From Lingula anatina (lineage: Eukaryota; Animalia; Brachiopoda), in the NCBI GenBank assembly GCA_051362555.1, contig CM120640.1, positions 19,096,001-19,160,000 on the forward strand: a stretch of 64,000 nucleotides of DNA. Reading direction: 5' to 3'. The notes under the pieces are model-generated. The model saw only the letters and a program-made list of their open reading frames with translations, was not told where the DNA came from and did no database searches. Position 1 is the first letter of the stretch. Every line of letters starts with the position of its first letter. The position numbers and the translations under genes were made by a program. Shown here piece after piece: positions 37,201 through 49,700 of the stretch.

Positions 37201-40200
37201 GATTTCCCCTATACAAACATAAATCAGAAAGATGGACAAATTTTTTTTTAACTGTCTCACTTATTTCTACATGTAGTTTTCCTATTCTAAAGAAAAAAAT
37301 CACCTTTTCACCACAGCTAGGACAGAACTTTGCAGCTTGGAATTCATGCCAGTTCTTGCCCTTGTTTGAGGAAGAATACATCATGGCCGCATATTTGCTA
37401 AAAATCCGCTCATGTGGGATGAAGGGGTCAGCTCCGTCATCCTTCTCTTCATCAACTAAACCAGCAGACAGGACAGATTCTGAAACAAATTACAGATTTT
37501 GATCCAGTAAATTTTTCTTTGATCTAAATATTTTTCTCTTCATTATAAATCAATTAAGATACATGTTGTACATGAATGTATTGCAGTAGTTTTCATCTAA
37601 AATTTTATAATTATAGCCCACATACCTTGTCCAGTTCCAGGTCTGGATTCCTTTTTCTTTGTGGTCTCTGGTTTGTTTGCTTCTTCCTCCATGTCATCTC
37701 CCTCTCTATAAAACAACCCACACATTATATCCCAAACTAGTTCTTCAGAACAAATTTTTTCAATTGCAATAGCAGTTAAAATAAGTAGAATGTGGGTTCA
37801 ATTTTAATTCATTTTAAATCATCAATATTTTTAGTTTCACTGTCAAAACATCCCATATTTTAATTTTAATTCATTTTAAATCATTAATATTTTTAGTTTC
37901 AGTGTCAAAACAACCCACATGAAAAATTGAAGAAATTAATTTTAATGCACTCCTATTTTTATTGGTCATATTTAACAAACCTTAAGCTTCAGATCCAATG
38001 CCTATCAGCTTCTTCTTTTCACACATCTGCCTATCCAATAAGTGGCTTAATACTGAGGTTGAGTTTCTAATGAAAAAGCTTGCAGGCAACAGATCTTAAG
38101 CCCAGGGTACACACATTGACCTAAACCATACGACTTACTCTTCAGGTTTAATGCTCTCTTCTAGAAGTTGCAATTGTTCTAAAAGCATCTTCTTATGCTG
38201 CCTTATCAGTTCTAGTTCTGTATTCAGATCATCCACTGACTTCTTGAACCTTTCCTGCATCACCCACAGCTGAAATAAAATTAAGTTACATTTGATTATC
38301 CTACATCAATAAAATAAAAAAACAACATCTGCATGAAACTGAAATTTTCTGTGATTCAGACAACAGAAATGATTGGATTCTTAATTTTCATAATGAAATA
38401 ATGATTAAGGGGCAAAAGAAAAAAAGGAAAATAAACATTTTCCATGCAATATATCTCCATTTCCCAAAAAAATATTTTATCAATAACATACTATTTTAAC
38501 ATTTAATAGTCCATAAACATAATGGGATATTTCATAAGTATAATATCAAAAACAAAGTAAAAGATACATGTATACACAATTATTTGTAGAGCCTCTACAT
38601 ACATGTAAAGTGCTGAAGTGTGAAACATAAAATTTGTCAATTATTTCACTCACATCTTGATCTACTCTCTCTACCTCATGTTCTTGTCTATAGTACATCT
38701 TGTCATTGGAATTGTCTGTTAACTGCAGCCCAACCAATTCTTGTTTGTGTTCCTCTAAAAACTTGTCAAATTCTGCAAAATGAAAAAAAAAGAGAGATTT
38801 GGTAAATTTTTGGTATACATGTACCATATCTGATCACCTGGGCCCCTCCCCTTACTTGTATTTTAAGTACTACAAGGAAAGTTTTGAAAAAACTATGCAA
38901 AGTCTAGTTTGTGTTGCACCATAAACTTGTCAAATTCAGCAACAAAAAAACAAAAACATTTTTCAGTAAGTACATTTTGTCGTATTATCATCGTCATTTC
39001 AAAACAGCCTTTAATATTTTTTTCATAGTACACAAAAAATTGCATGTGACATAAATATATATAAACCAGTGACTCAATTGGATTTTTTTACAAAAAATTA
39101 CCATCTATAATGGCATTTTCCACTGTAAGCAGTTGTTCTTCTAGCTTGCTGGCAGCATCTATGTTGTTGATGAGGTGAGCCTGACAGAAAAAAATACTGA
39201 ATATTTTAGTTTTATCATTTTATCTTGTATCCTCATATCTTTTTTAAATTGGCATATTTTGATTATGAATCGTCACATGGAATATTTTCATACCGACAAT
39301 AAAACATTTTACAAAAATAGTTTGACATCATGATATGGTACCAAATACATGCATAACTTCGCACATATAAATTCTGCAGTAACTCTTAATTACCCTTCTT
39401 GTTGCTATCACTGGTTTCTTAGATGTTTCAGAATCTTCCACACTAGGATTGAATGTAAATGCTGCAAAATGAAAATTATGATTCATTCAAGTATAAAAGA
39501 CTCACAACATCAAAAAATAAGGACTAAGTCTTATGATCAAGACTTTATAAGGCATTTAACCTTCCATTATCTTTTTAAAATAAGTTCCTTTAAAGAACAA
39601 ATTGTTTACAACTTAAAATACACTTAAATGTCAAATCTAGATTTATCTTTTGGATATGAAAAATGAAATAAAAGAATCATGAAAGTCAATTTTATTTAGA
39701 TTAAATGATGAAGTGATGAAAGGCCATTTAGTCTGGGTCATATAGAGACCAGATTCAGTTTTAAATTCTTTGTCATACAATGTGCATTAGGCCACACTTT
39801 TTTATTTTTATGGATGACATCCTCTGGGTACCCCATAATCGGTGCGAGAGGGCGAAAAAAAAAAAAAAACGGTCCAAAAAAAAAAATACTGCTTAAGTAA
39901 AGGAATGCTGTCAGTACACAGCTGGAAACACAAATTTTACCACAGAAACACGTATCAAACTAACAATATGTCTTTATCCATGCTCTCAAAATATTAAAGC
40001 ATTGTGAATACTTTGTAGAAATGTAAAAAAAAGTCATGAATAGATATACTTTTTATTACAAAATCTATTAAGGTTATTTCATGCATTTTGTTGGTATAGC
40101 AATCAATAAAACAAATATCAAACAAACAATGTGTCTTTATTCGTATTCTCAGAATATTAAAGCATTTTGAACACTTCACAGAAATGTTTAAAAAAATGAT

Positions 40201-41272
40201 GCAAAGATATGCTTAATACTACCAAATCTTTTAAAGGTCATTTCGGACGATGCCATTTTGTCTACTTCGACTCACACGGCCAAACTGTCAGTTGGCCTGT
40301 CCGACCTTCAGCCCACCAAATACCTCGACGCCCTTGTCGACCCTTTTTTTCGCTCAGAAAACCTGGTAGCCTATGTGCTGCTTTGTACAGAATGTCACTG
40401 AAATTTTTCGGGCGATAATCGCTGGCGGCCGCCAGCCTTTCGCACAATTGTAAAAAGGTGATATCTCCATGCCCAATATCAATGGCATACCAATCCAAAA
40501 CGACGGCACCCGTTCTCTTTATGACTTTAATTGTCGTGTAATTTGAAAGTTATCCTAGAGATGAATTTGACGGCAAAGCGGCCACATTTCCACGTGGCGA
40601 TAATACGCATGCGCAGAAAGCTCATTTCCTGGCAAATTCACTAACGACGTTTGCGCCAACCGACTTCGTAGGGGGCTGGGGGGGGGATTTTTTTTTTTTT
40701 TTTTTTCGGAGAACGGGCGAAAATCGGTGCGCGCGCAGGATGTCATCCATAAAATTAAAAAAGTGTGGCCTTATCTAAAGAAAAGCAACTCACCCTTTTC
40801 TAAATTATCATATCCCTCCTTGTATTTGCTCAAAAAGGCAATCTGCTCCTTAGCTTCTCGCAAATCTTCCTGTAAAAATAGGTAAAATGAAAGTGCTATT
40901 CATCTTTTTATCCACACAACTTTATCATTTATTCCATTTACTCTTCATAATTCACACACATTATAACATTATTACTGTGGCTGATGCATTGACCTGCACA
41001 CATTTCTGTTGAAATTCACCTACCTTCAGATCTGCTATATCACAGTTCAAGCCATGCTTCTCCATGTTTGCCTTTTCCTTCTCATCACCCATAGTTGTTT
41101 CTAATCTGTTAACATAAAGCAAATTGTACATACATATAAGTTTTTATTATATATATATATATATATATGAGAAGCTGGGGTAGCGCTGACAATTTTTTTC
41201 TCTTAGCCAAATCACCACTTTTTCATCACTTTTTTCTCCAAATTTGTTTGTGTGTGCATGTGCCAGGTGTGC

Positions 41273-41344
<72 letters not shown>

Positions 41345-42831
41345 ATGAGTGCGTGCATGCGTGTGTGTGTTTAAACTATGCAGTTTAAAAAGCACACACC
41401 TTTTAATGTCTGCATTCTTGTCTTCCACTTCATCCTCCAGGTTTGCTACTGTTTGTTTCAGTTCCTCAATCTCATTTTTAAGTTCTGATATGTTGTCTTG
41501 AGCACCTTCATACAATTTGTGCTTGTTAAACAACCTGCAAGAAAAATAGCAATATTTAACTAGCTCATTGCACCACTGGTACAAACGACTCTCTGGTTTT
41601 CAGTCCAAAAAAAGTATAAATGTAGAAACAAGGTTGCAATGCAAAGAGAGATATTGCCAAATCCTTAAAGGGTGAAAAAATAGATACTACAATCTACAAT
41701 TTCCAAATAAAAAAAACATTAACAGACATTTATAATGTGAATGAATTTCTTAAATTGAATGGCAATGTGATCTTTTATCTCTTACTTTTCTTTTACTACT
41801 TCCAGTTGTTCTCGCAGTTCATCAGCAGCTTCATGTCTCTCTTTATAAACCTGTTGAACCAGGCTAAAATGTGGCACTCTCTGGATGAAGGAAGACTCTG
41901 CATCTTTACTGCTTGTAAAATTGTTACTGTACACAGCATCTGGAGAAATGAATGTACAACCATTTTACCGGTATGGATAGACAATAAGGTGAGCACATCT
42001 TTATAATATTTTACACACTGCATGAATTAAACTCACCATGCTTTTACCCTCATAAAAAAAATTATAAATATCTAAATTAAGCAAGTAATTAAATGCTAAA
42101 TGCTTGGCCAATCTTTCTTTTCTTTTTAATATATTTATGTACAAGTACCGTAGTATTCAGAAGAAAAAGAATAATTCTAAACAAAAATGCCAGTTCATCC
42201 CTCAAAAATTTACACACCAAATTCATGTATAGTGTGATAAAAAAATCAGTGTTCATAGCTCATTTAATTTAAAATACTGTTTTAGTTTTATGTCTAGTAT
42301 ATTTTTAAAAAGTAGGAGTTAATAAACTATTTACCATATAAATCATCCCTGATCAGTTTCATTACTTTGGCAAATACACCTAAATGTGGCAGTAAGTCAT
42401 CCAGAGCCTGAAACACCAGTAATGCCCTGTCTTGTGATGGTTTTGGGCTGCCTTGCTCTATAAGCAGTGCTTCATATTTATTCACTGAAAAAAAATAGCA
42501 TTCAACATCAATATGGCAAATAAAGAGATCTAGAGGAGTTTATACATACATGACCGCCATAATCACAGGAGCACCAGTCACTCATCACAATTGGGGGGTT
42601 AAAATGTACGCAAGTGTCATTATTTCTGATTCTGTAAGGCACAGCGTGGCAGTGTAACACTTACAATAACTTAAATGTAACTTAAATGTATTTAACAATA
42701 ATACAGAATCGACAGTTTCCTGACGGCACCTGCTAAAAACACAGAACTGATGCTTTGTTGGCATGGAAACCCTTACCCAGAGACATGCCCTCCCTCGCGG
42801 TAGAGGCTCTTAGTGCTAACGTGGTATCCAT
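31205..42831 (-). CDS. Uncharacterised 24-exon protein (~897 aa): N-terminal coiled coil, CxxC...CxH motif, helical C-terminal half
   Basis: Phase-consistent GT-AG exons: 42777-42831, 42335-42484, 41786-41939, 41400-41534, 41024-41105, 40794-40869, 39394-39461, 39102-39180, 38654-38772, 38139-38269, 37626-37705, 37304-37479, 36675-36790, 36062-36281, 35625-35660, 34661-34741, 34333-34425, 34013-34120, 33531-33683, 32943-33068, 32247-32436, 31833-31937, 31603-31693, 31205-31274 (2694 nt, no internal stop). Family not securely recognised. Confidence 0.85.
32686..32915. repeat. Diverged ~130-bp tandem duplication in an intron
   Basis: AATAACATG..CAGATCAACAT..GCAACCCATA.TGTATTTT..TTGTCTTAATT..AATAAA.CATCTT occurs twice. 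Confidence 0.65.
36427..36597. mobile_element. 171-bp MITE, CAG termini, 5-bp TSD
   Basis: Termini CAGGCCCG... / ...CAGGCCTG with TTTGA on both flanks. Internal poly-G and AAAAGGTC repeats. Confidence 0.7.
37801..37918. repeat. ~62-bp tandem duplication in an intron
   Basis: ATTTTAATTCATTTTAAATCAT(C/T)AATATTTTTAGTTTCA(C/G)TGTCAAAACA at 37801 and 37863. Confidence 0.85.
39790..40770. mobile_element. Non-autonomous DNA transposon, 981 bp, TTA TSD (PIF/Harbinger-like)
   Basis: 34-bp TIR GGCCACACTTTTTTA(T/A)TTTTATGGATGACATCCT with one mismatch, TTA on both flanks, an internal ~160-bp-period duplication and a CpG-rich interior. Confidence 0.88.
41149..41370. repeat. (TA)n and long (GT)n microsatellites
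   Basis: (TA)n at ~41149-41168 and (GT)n at ~41277-41343. Confidence 0.95.
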
Positions 42832-42920
42832 AACTTTTTCGTTGTCTTTTTCCTTTGAACTAAATAATACTAGACTTGAGATGATAACATAACAACTTCG
42901 AATCCGCCATGTTGTTTACC
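42757..42920. promoter_or_regulatory. RFX X-box, YY1 and Forkhead motifs at the 5' end of the uncharacterised gene
   Basis: GTTGGCATGGAAAC at 42757-42770 (X-box consensus GTTGCCATGGCAAC), CCGCCATGTT at ~42904-42913 and TGTTTAC at 42913-42919, all in a CpG-retaining segment. Confidence 0.55.
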
Positions 42921-43750
42921 AAATTCACTATGGAGGCCAAGACAAGCCATGCACTCTTGCACTGCCATCTAGTGAGCTCCGCTGAATTTGGATTGCGTTT
43001 CGGACAGCATGATTGCGTTTTATTTTTTGGTCCACCATATCCAACCGCGTTCATAATTCTGACTGTTGGACACCAGGGCCTGATTTTTCTGTGACTGTTG
43101 GTATTTTTAATTCGTGTTTGTTCGTCCAACGAAAAAAATTCATTTGACTCATTTTAGGCCCCTACGAGTCAGATTTGTTTGTCAAGGATCATCATAATTT
43201 GTCCATGTGTAGGGGAGGGGAGTTGGGTGAGATAGGGGTTCGAACTAAAAGATGTAAATAAATGCCAGAGACCGAAGTGTTAATCAAATTAATCAAAATG
43301 GAATAAAATATGGATCAATTAATTAATTAATATTAGCAAATAGATAGGGACCTAAAGGAATAAGTAGCCAAATAAATGAATAATAAAAAAGTAAATCTGT
43401 GGTTTACATATACAGTCATGATGCTTTTGATCAGGTAAAACCTAATCATAGCACAAACTAAGTTTTTAACCCTACTGAATTAACAACCTTGTATTTCAAA
43501 AGAAAAAGACTGAGCCCTTTGTTAAGATACATGTAGGCCTATTAGAAAGTAATGGGAAAATAGATTGACTAGATTCACATTGGCCTAAATGTAGCTGTGT
43601 ACAAAGCAAGAAGCATGTTCTCTCTTTAGCATTTCAAATAAGTCATAAGTTAACCCCCACAAAAATGACCATTCATCATTTTAAAACAGTATTTGTACAG
43701 TAGGCCTATTTGGAACGTCTCATTTTTTTGTCGATAATAATGCCAATTCT

Positions 43751-43758
<8 letters not shown>

Positions 43759-43791
<33 letters not shown>
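43759..43791. repeat. (CT)n microsatellite
   Basis: Direct observation. Similar shorter tracts occur at ~48034 and ~49651. Confidence 0.95.
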
Positions 43792-43795
<4 letters not shown>

Positions 43796-46700
43796 GTTAG
43801 TACTAATATGACCTAGTAACCGAAGTATTCCGTGGTTAAAGTAACCATACAGATCCATGAATAAAGTGCAAACACGTTTTTTCCCCTTAGATCAGCTGAA
43901 AAAAGGAACAAATTAAAATGGACATTACCCAGGACGTATCAATAGTTGAACTCCCTGATCTGTTTCTCTCGACGTTAGCAGCCTACACGTGGCTCGCTAC
44001 GGATCGCAAAACCTTATTGTTTGTCCAATCTACAAACTCTGTGAAGTTGCAGACGACTAATGTTGCTTTCAGTGTAAGCCGCAATTAGAACTGACAGATT
44101 TGATGTTTTCCACCCAAAATACATGACGTGAAACGAGACTGAGATATCTTAAATGCGCTTTTTTTCTAAGCGTTCTCTAATTTGAGTACTAAAAAGCAAC
44201 GTTTTTTCTCCTATTTGAACCGTTTCACCCCGGCAACCAAAGACTCTCGAGTCTTTTGGTGCGTTTTTTAGAAAATTGAACTCAGTTACTGAAGAATTCT
44301 TAAACAGTTTTTTATACTTCTTTCATTCAGAGAAAGAGATGCTCACGTGTTTTATATCAAGCCATAATTGCGCAATTCTTTGACATTTTCAGCATCCTGG
44401 CTTGTTGATTTAAGAGCCATCATGCAGCTTATTGCAGCTTTTCTTTCACGTGAGTTGTCATCCTTTAGCACCTATGTTTCTTTTGACGCGATGCTTTTTA
44501 TCATCATACATCAATTATTCTTAACTTAATGTCACCGATTTTAAACACCATCTATTTCCCACTATTGCTTTTGAGAAAGAAAAACTGAAATCAACACTTA
44601 AATTCATATAAACCGACTTGATTTGAATAAAGTTAAATAAGTTCTTTTTAATTACAAACGCTTCCATCTGCTATCTCGTCCATTATGGCAATTAACACAA
44701 TTAACCGTGTGAAATGGATGGACACGGAATATTGCATTTTATCATTTCGACTTATGAGCTTCCCCTTGGTTGGAACCTTTACTATTTCGGCTCGGAATCA
44801 AATACAGCAATTTATGGAGTAATCCTCACAAAAAAGGTAAGAAAGCTTGGTAACCATAATCTCGGGTGAATATTATCGATGGAAAACCAATACTGAAAAA
44901 AAAATCAAATACAGTGGATGTTAAAGGTCTTTTTTATTAAGATTAATTCTTCAGCGTCTGTTTTCTCAGTGTAGTTGCTATAAGCCGGTCCCTAGAAGTT
45001 AAATCCCAGATGATGCGTATTACTTCACTCATTTTTTAAAAGAAAATTACTCTAATTGCGTTGACCTTCGCTCGATACAGAAACAAGTGCACAAGTTATT
45101 CGAACAATTAATACTGTTGAAGACGGTTAATGAAGACAGATGGGTGTCCGTGCTTGGTTAGCCACTCATAGAAGTCAAACAGTCTATTTGAAAGGTCATG
45201 AGACTAAGAAAAATCAAACTAGGAAAAAACTGTACTTGAAATGTACATCAAGTGCATTCCCCCTCCCCTACGTTTTCAGAGTACATACTTGATATATTAT
45301 TTATTTACATTGGATATCAATTAATAGTGAATCGTTGTCAATGTCTGTGCAATGTAATTTGCAATTGGCGTCTTGGATAGAATTTCTGCTGTTATCTGGA
45401 GCTTAAAAAGGAAATGAAAATGTTTCAGTCGCGCAAGAGATGGGTCGTATTTGATGGGTAGGTTTTGAGCAGGGGTCAAATTTTATTCTCTTCATGATAA
45501 GCCTATTAAAAGCGTTTTCAGCCGACGCTGTGTCACTTGTCTACTTATTCTGCTCGTAGTAAAATGTAAGGTTAGAGTGCATTTAGTAACAATGGGTTAT
45601 TCTCAGGCACTACCACACTGTAGAACCAAACAAGAAAAATCCGTGCCCCACATAGTCTCGAAAAGATCTCTATGGGAAATTTATGCTAAAGGCTGAAGGC
45701 AACATACCCTTAATTAAGCTGTTATAGCCGTACATCGCCCTTTTTCGTGTGAAGTTCCTTCACGAGATATGCCAAGACGTCGTTTTGATTTTATCTTGAA
45801 TATCCCGAAATAAAATTGCAGAGCAAGTTGACGATAAAACAACCCCCTTTTTCTCTTTCATCTATAGTGATTACGAAACATGAAACAGTCTTAATTGCGC
45901 CACATCTCCTCCTGCTTTCCCCACACAGGACCCGCGCTTAGCCTAAGGTCGTGCTTTTAACCTATCATTTTTAGCGATTACTGATTGCATCCTTAAATGT
46001 TTAAGATACCTATCTTAGCAGCGTCTTAACATTAGGGAGAGACTTCCAGATAGGGAAGTTATGAAACCTGCAATTTAATGGGGGTTAGTTGTATATTTTT
46101 CTCAGCTGTTATTAACCTACAAAGATATCGCACTGTTCCCCCTTCGTGACGCATAATGCATCCCATTTATTGTTACATATCTATGTTTCAGTGAATAAAT
46201 AAAAACAAGCACATCACTCTGTGCATCGAGTCATTTTTGTAAGAGTACAAAAGACAAAAGAGAACATTGATTTATGGATTAATAGTTTCCACCTACTAAC
46301 TCCACATGTCGCTGGCCCGGATTTGAAAACACGGAATTTATAGGTCCAGTGCAGGAGGGTTTTTTTTTCACTGCAAAATTTAGTTATTAATCTGATAGCG
46401 GTACATCAGTTTTTTTTTATCTTTCCTATTTTATCAATATAAACTTGAATCAGTGATCGGTCATTGTAGTCCTATATCTTCCCAAGTTTAGAAACTTTTT
46501 ATCTTGTATCTAATAATATCGCTACATCTACCCGTAGGTTTAATTGAATCGTGCCGGTTTATGGTACAGTTTTTAGACGTGTTTTTTTTCTGCCTGTCAG
46601 ATGCATAAGTGATAATTAGGCCTATCTCAAATGTATTAATAGAGCTGTCAGATCTGAAGGAGAAATCGCCAATTCCAGCTGAACCAGTATTTGTGACAAT

Positions 46701-49700
46701 AATATCACTTCAAAGTGGGAAATTGTGCCTTTCCCTTAAAAATGCATATACCCAGTACGGTAACTTGTAACATGTCAGTTGATTCGCAAAAAAAAAGAGG
46801 TAAACATTCTACTGAACAAAACCAGTGGATGCTGACATTTTCTTTGGTATTTAACTATTATCGTTGTTAGATCACCGATGTTATTAAGAGCAAGCTGCCC
46901 CCTATATCCCCACCCACGTGAAACAAAAGGTGCTAAGGCGCGCCAGGCCGGTTTTGAGAGGATGACAAATTAATAGTATAAATCATTCCGTATTACAATC
47001 TTTACAACACCAATTAAGCAAGCGCCTACAAGGACACGGTAGATTGGCCCCACCCGGCGTGCCTGCCCGCGATGTGTAGGCTTGCCCCCTCCCCCAGCCG
47101 TGCCAGGCTCAGTGCCAGGGACCGGCAGATTTTTACGATGTAATTGCCACATTTGCGGTACAATCCCAATCTTAACATGGTATCGCCTAGGTGTCTGCTT
47201 TACCATTAGTTGACGATCTGTCTCGCAAGTTTTTGGACTTCTTAAATTGCGATTTTATCTCAGGGTCGTGATTTTGTTGTTCACACGCCAGTGTTTGAAG
47301 CTGCGAAATAAATTATTATTAATGATAAAAGTATACTTATATAAACGAAATTGCTTTGTTATTAATCACGTGTCACTTTTTGATGAGCAATATGTTTGAA
47401 AACCCAGATTTGTCTTCCCAAATTTAACAATGGTTTAAGTTTCTCGTTATTATCACTGACACTTTTGTCTCAGAACTTGCCTTTAGATAACAATGGGCAG
47501 TTTTTCAAGTATTCGAATATTATGTATTAGGCGGAAAATGGTTGTGCTACTTTGCCCAATCTTCTGACAGACACTTCCTTTCATTCTCTCAATATTTCTG
47601 TCATCAAACATAAAACTTTAATTTAATTGCCTAATATACGTAATGTGCTCCTTATAAAGTCGCCTTACAGTCTGCACTGGACACAGAGACATGTTTAGCG
47701 GCTATAAATTAACAGAAATGCGGCATCTTCAAATGTGCCCGTCTGCAAATATGGAATGGGTATATTTATCACTCTATGAAATTCTGACATTTGACTTATA
47801 TACGGCGTTTGACATTGGAATAGCAATTGACATATATATGATTTATTCCCATTCAAACAACAGTAGTAATGTTTATGACAGTAATGACAATTTTTTCTAG
47901 ACCATGGTGATAGGTTTTTTTTTGTAACTGAATAGAAGAAAAACACCCCCCCCCCTCTTTCTTTATTAGTTAAAACAAAGAAACAGGTCTTTACTTGTGC
48001 TTTACTTGTCCCGAGTTATCATAAATTTGCTCCTCTCTCTCTCTCTCTCTCGAGCCCGTCGTTTTTCCAACGCACCATAATAATAATAATAATAGCAGCA
48101 CGATAATGTTTCACTTCCAAAGACCCTGCCAGCATACCGTGTCGTCGACAAAAAAAGGTGCACCTGACAACTGCAACCCGACTTTTCTTCTAAAATGACT
48201 GTGACTTGTCTACCCCTCATGCAATCAAAAGATGTATTCACACGAGCACATTTAGGCAATAAAACGGATGGGTTGCAAACTGTTTCAACACGCAAAATGT
48301 CGATTGGTTTCGACTGTCCGCAAAATCTATTAACCCTACCTACACTAACGTTAAATCTTACATCGTGGGGCCTACCAAGCTTGTTTTGGAATGGATTTAG
48401 GGTCTTTTGAAGATTGCAATGACTGGTAGGCATTGGAAAAAAAGCATAATTTGTATGTTATGTAGTCGAGGAACAGGATCTACCGCATCAACACTGGATG
48501 AAGCCTATTTAGATTGGTCTGGCTTTTGACCTATAGATCTCAACTTTGGTGTCAGCCCCGTGTCAAGGAAGATATAGTCATTTCACCTTAATCACGCGTA
48601 CGATTATTTTGTTATTTGCAGATATCTTGTAACAAGAACATTATGCTCACTGTGCAAGACTGCCTATCTGTCCATTTCAAATTATTTGTAAAATTATTTT
48701 GTCGTGAGGCTGAGGACGGTAAAGATCATGGACGTCCAATAATAAACACGTCGAACTACAAACTATCCAAAATACCTCCCTTCCGAAAAAAGGAGAAAAA
48801 AACATTTGGATGCTTTTTTAAACTAGGTGATTGATTAACTCATAGGGTCAGTTTACTGATTGATCGGCATATTGTAGCAGACGATCAGTATCCACCATTT
48901 CCTGTGCGTAGACTTGATAGGGCTCTATACTAGGTTAATGATTGGAACCAGGGTATGATCTTTCCCTCTACAAACTCGACAAACAAAGCATGTAAGTCCC
49001 CACCAAACCGGATAATTACCTTCTCTCCTTCGTATTGAGAGAGTAAATAAAGATCAGTGACTTTATTTGAAAATTCACGAATTTGACCCGGGTTTTACGA
49101 CGCTTTTCGCAGCTTATAGAAGAAAAGTGTCTTGTATTTGTTTTTCCTCTTTCTTCTATTAACAAAGGGAGAAAATGGTAGATTTTCGGCTTTAGAGTGC
49201 CCCAAGGAAGTAGTTACTCAAATGCTTACTTGCGCTTTTATGTTTTTGAACACCGATGTAAAATAACCCGGTGTCATGTTAGGTAACGTTATTCTTGTAT
49301 AAATTCTTGCCCCCCTTGCCTATACATTTTAACATTTTTGTCCACAGTTATATGAACCCTTAATAATTTATATATTATTCCTTTTTATTTCTTTAAAATC
49401 TACTCTTTCGTTCCTTGTAATCTATATCGTCTGCAAGAAGTAAAATGATCCATTGAGAGAGTGAATAGGTGTCCATTTTCTAGTACAGGCAAAATCCTAG
49501 GTCTGTACTAGACGATAAGAAGTTCAATTGTTAATTTTTTTCAGATTCATTTCTCATGTTCATATAAGAACGACTGTATATACTTAAATTGCTTAGTCTA
49601 CAGTGTTATTTCGACTTAAACAATTTTTTAAATAGAGTAAACTCTCCCTTTCTCTCTCTCTCTCTCTCTCTCTCAATTGAATGATCTTGTAGTTTTTTAT

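Noticed and set aside
41147-41399. HT/CV dipeptide-repeat ORFs
   Set aside because: Translation of an intronic (GT)n microsatellite. The true exon is 41400-41534.
47268-47281. GTGATTTTGTTGTT matching the 3' half of miR-7
   Set aside because: The 5' seed half is absent and there is no precursor hairpin.
48002-48433. 143-aa minus-strand ORF
   Set aside because: It runs through microsatellites (poly-Y, RE repeats), has no recognisable domain and no supporting neighbouring exons.
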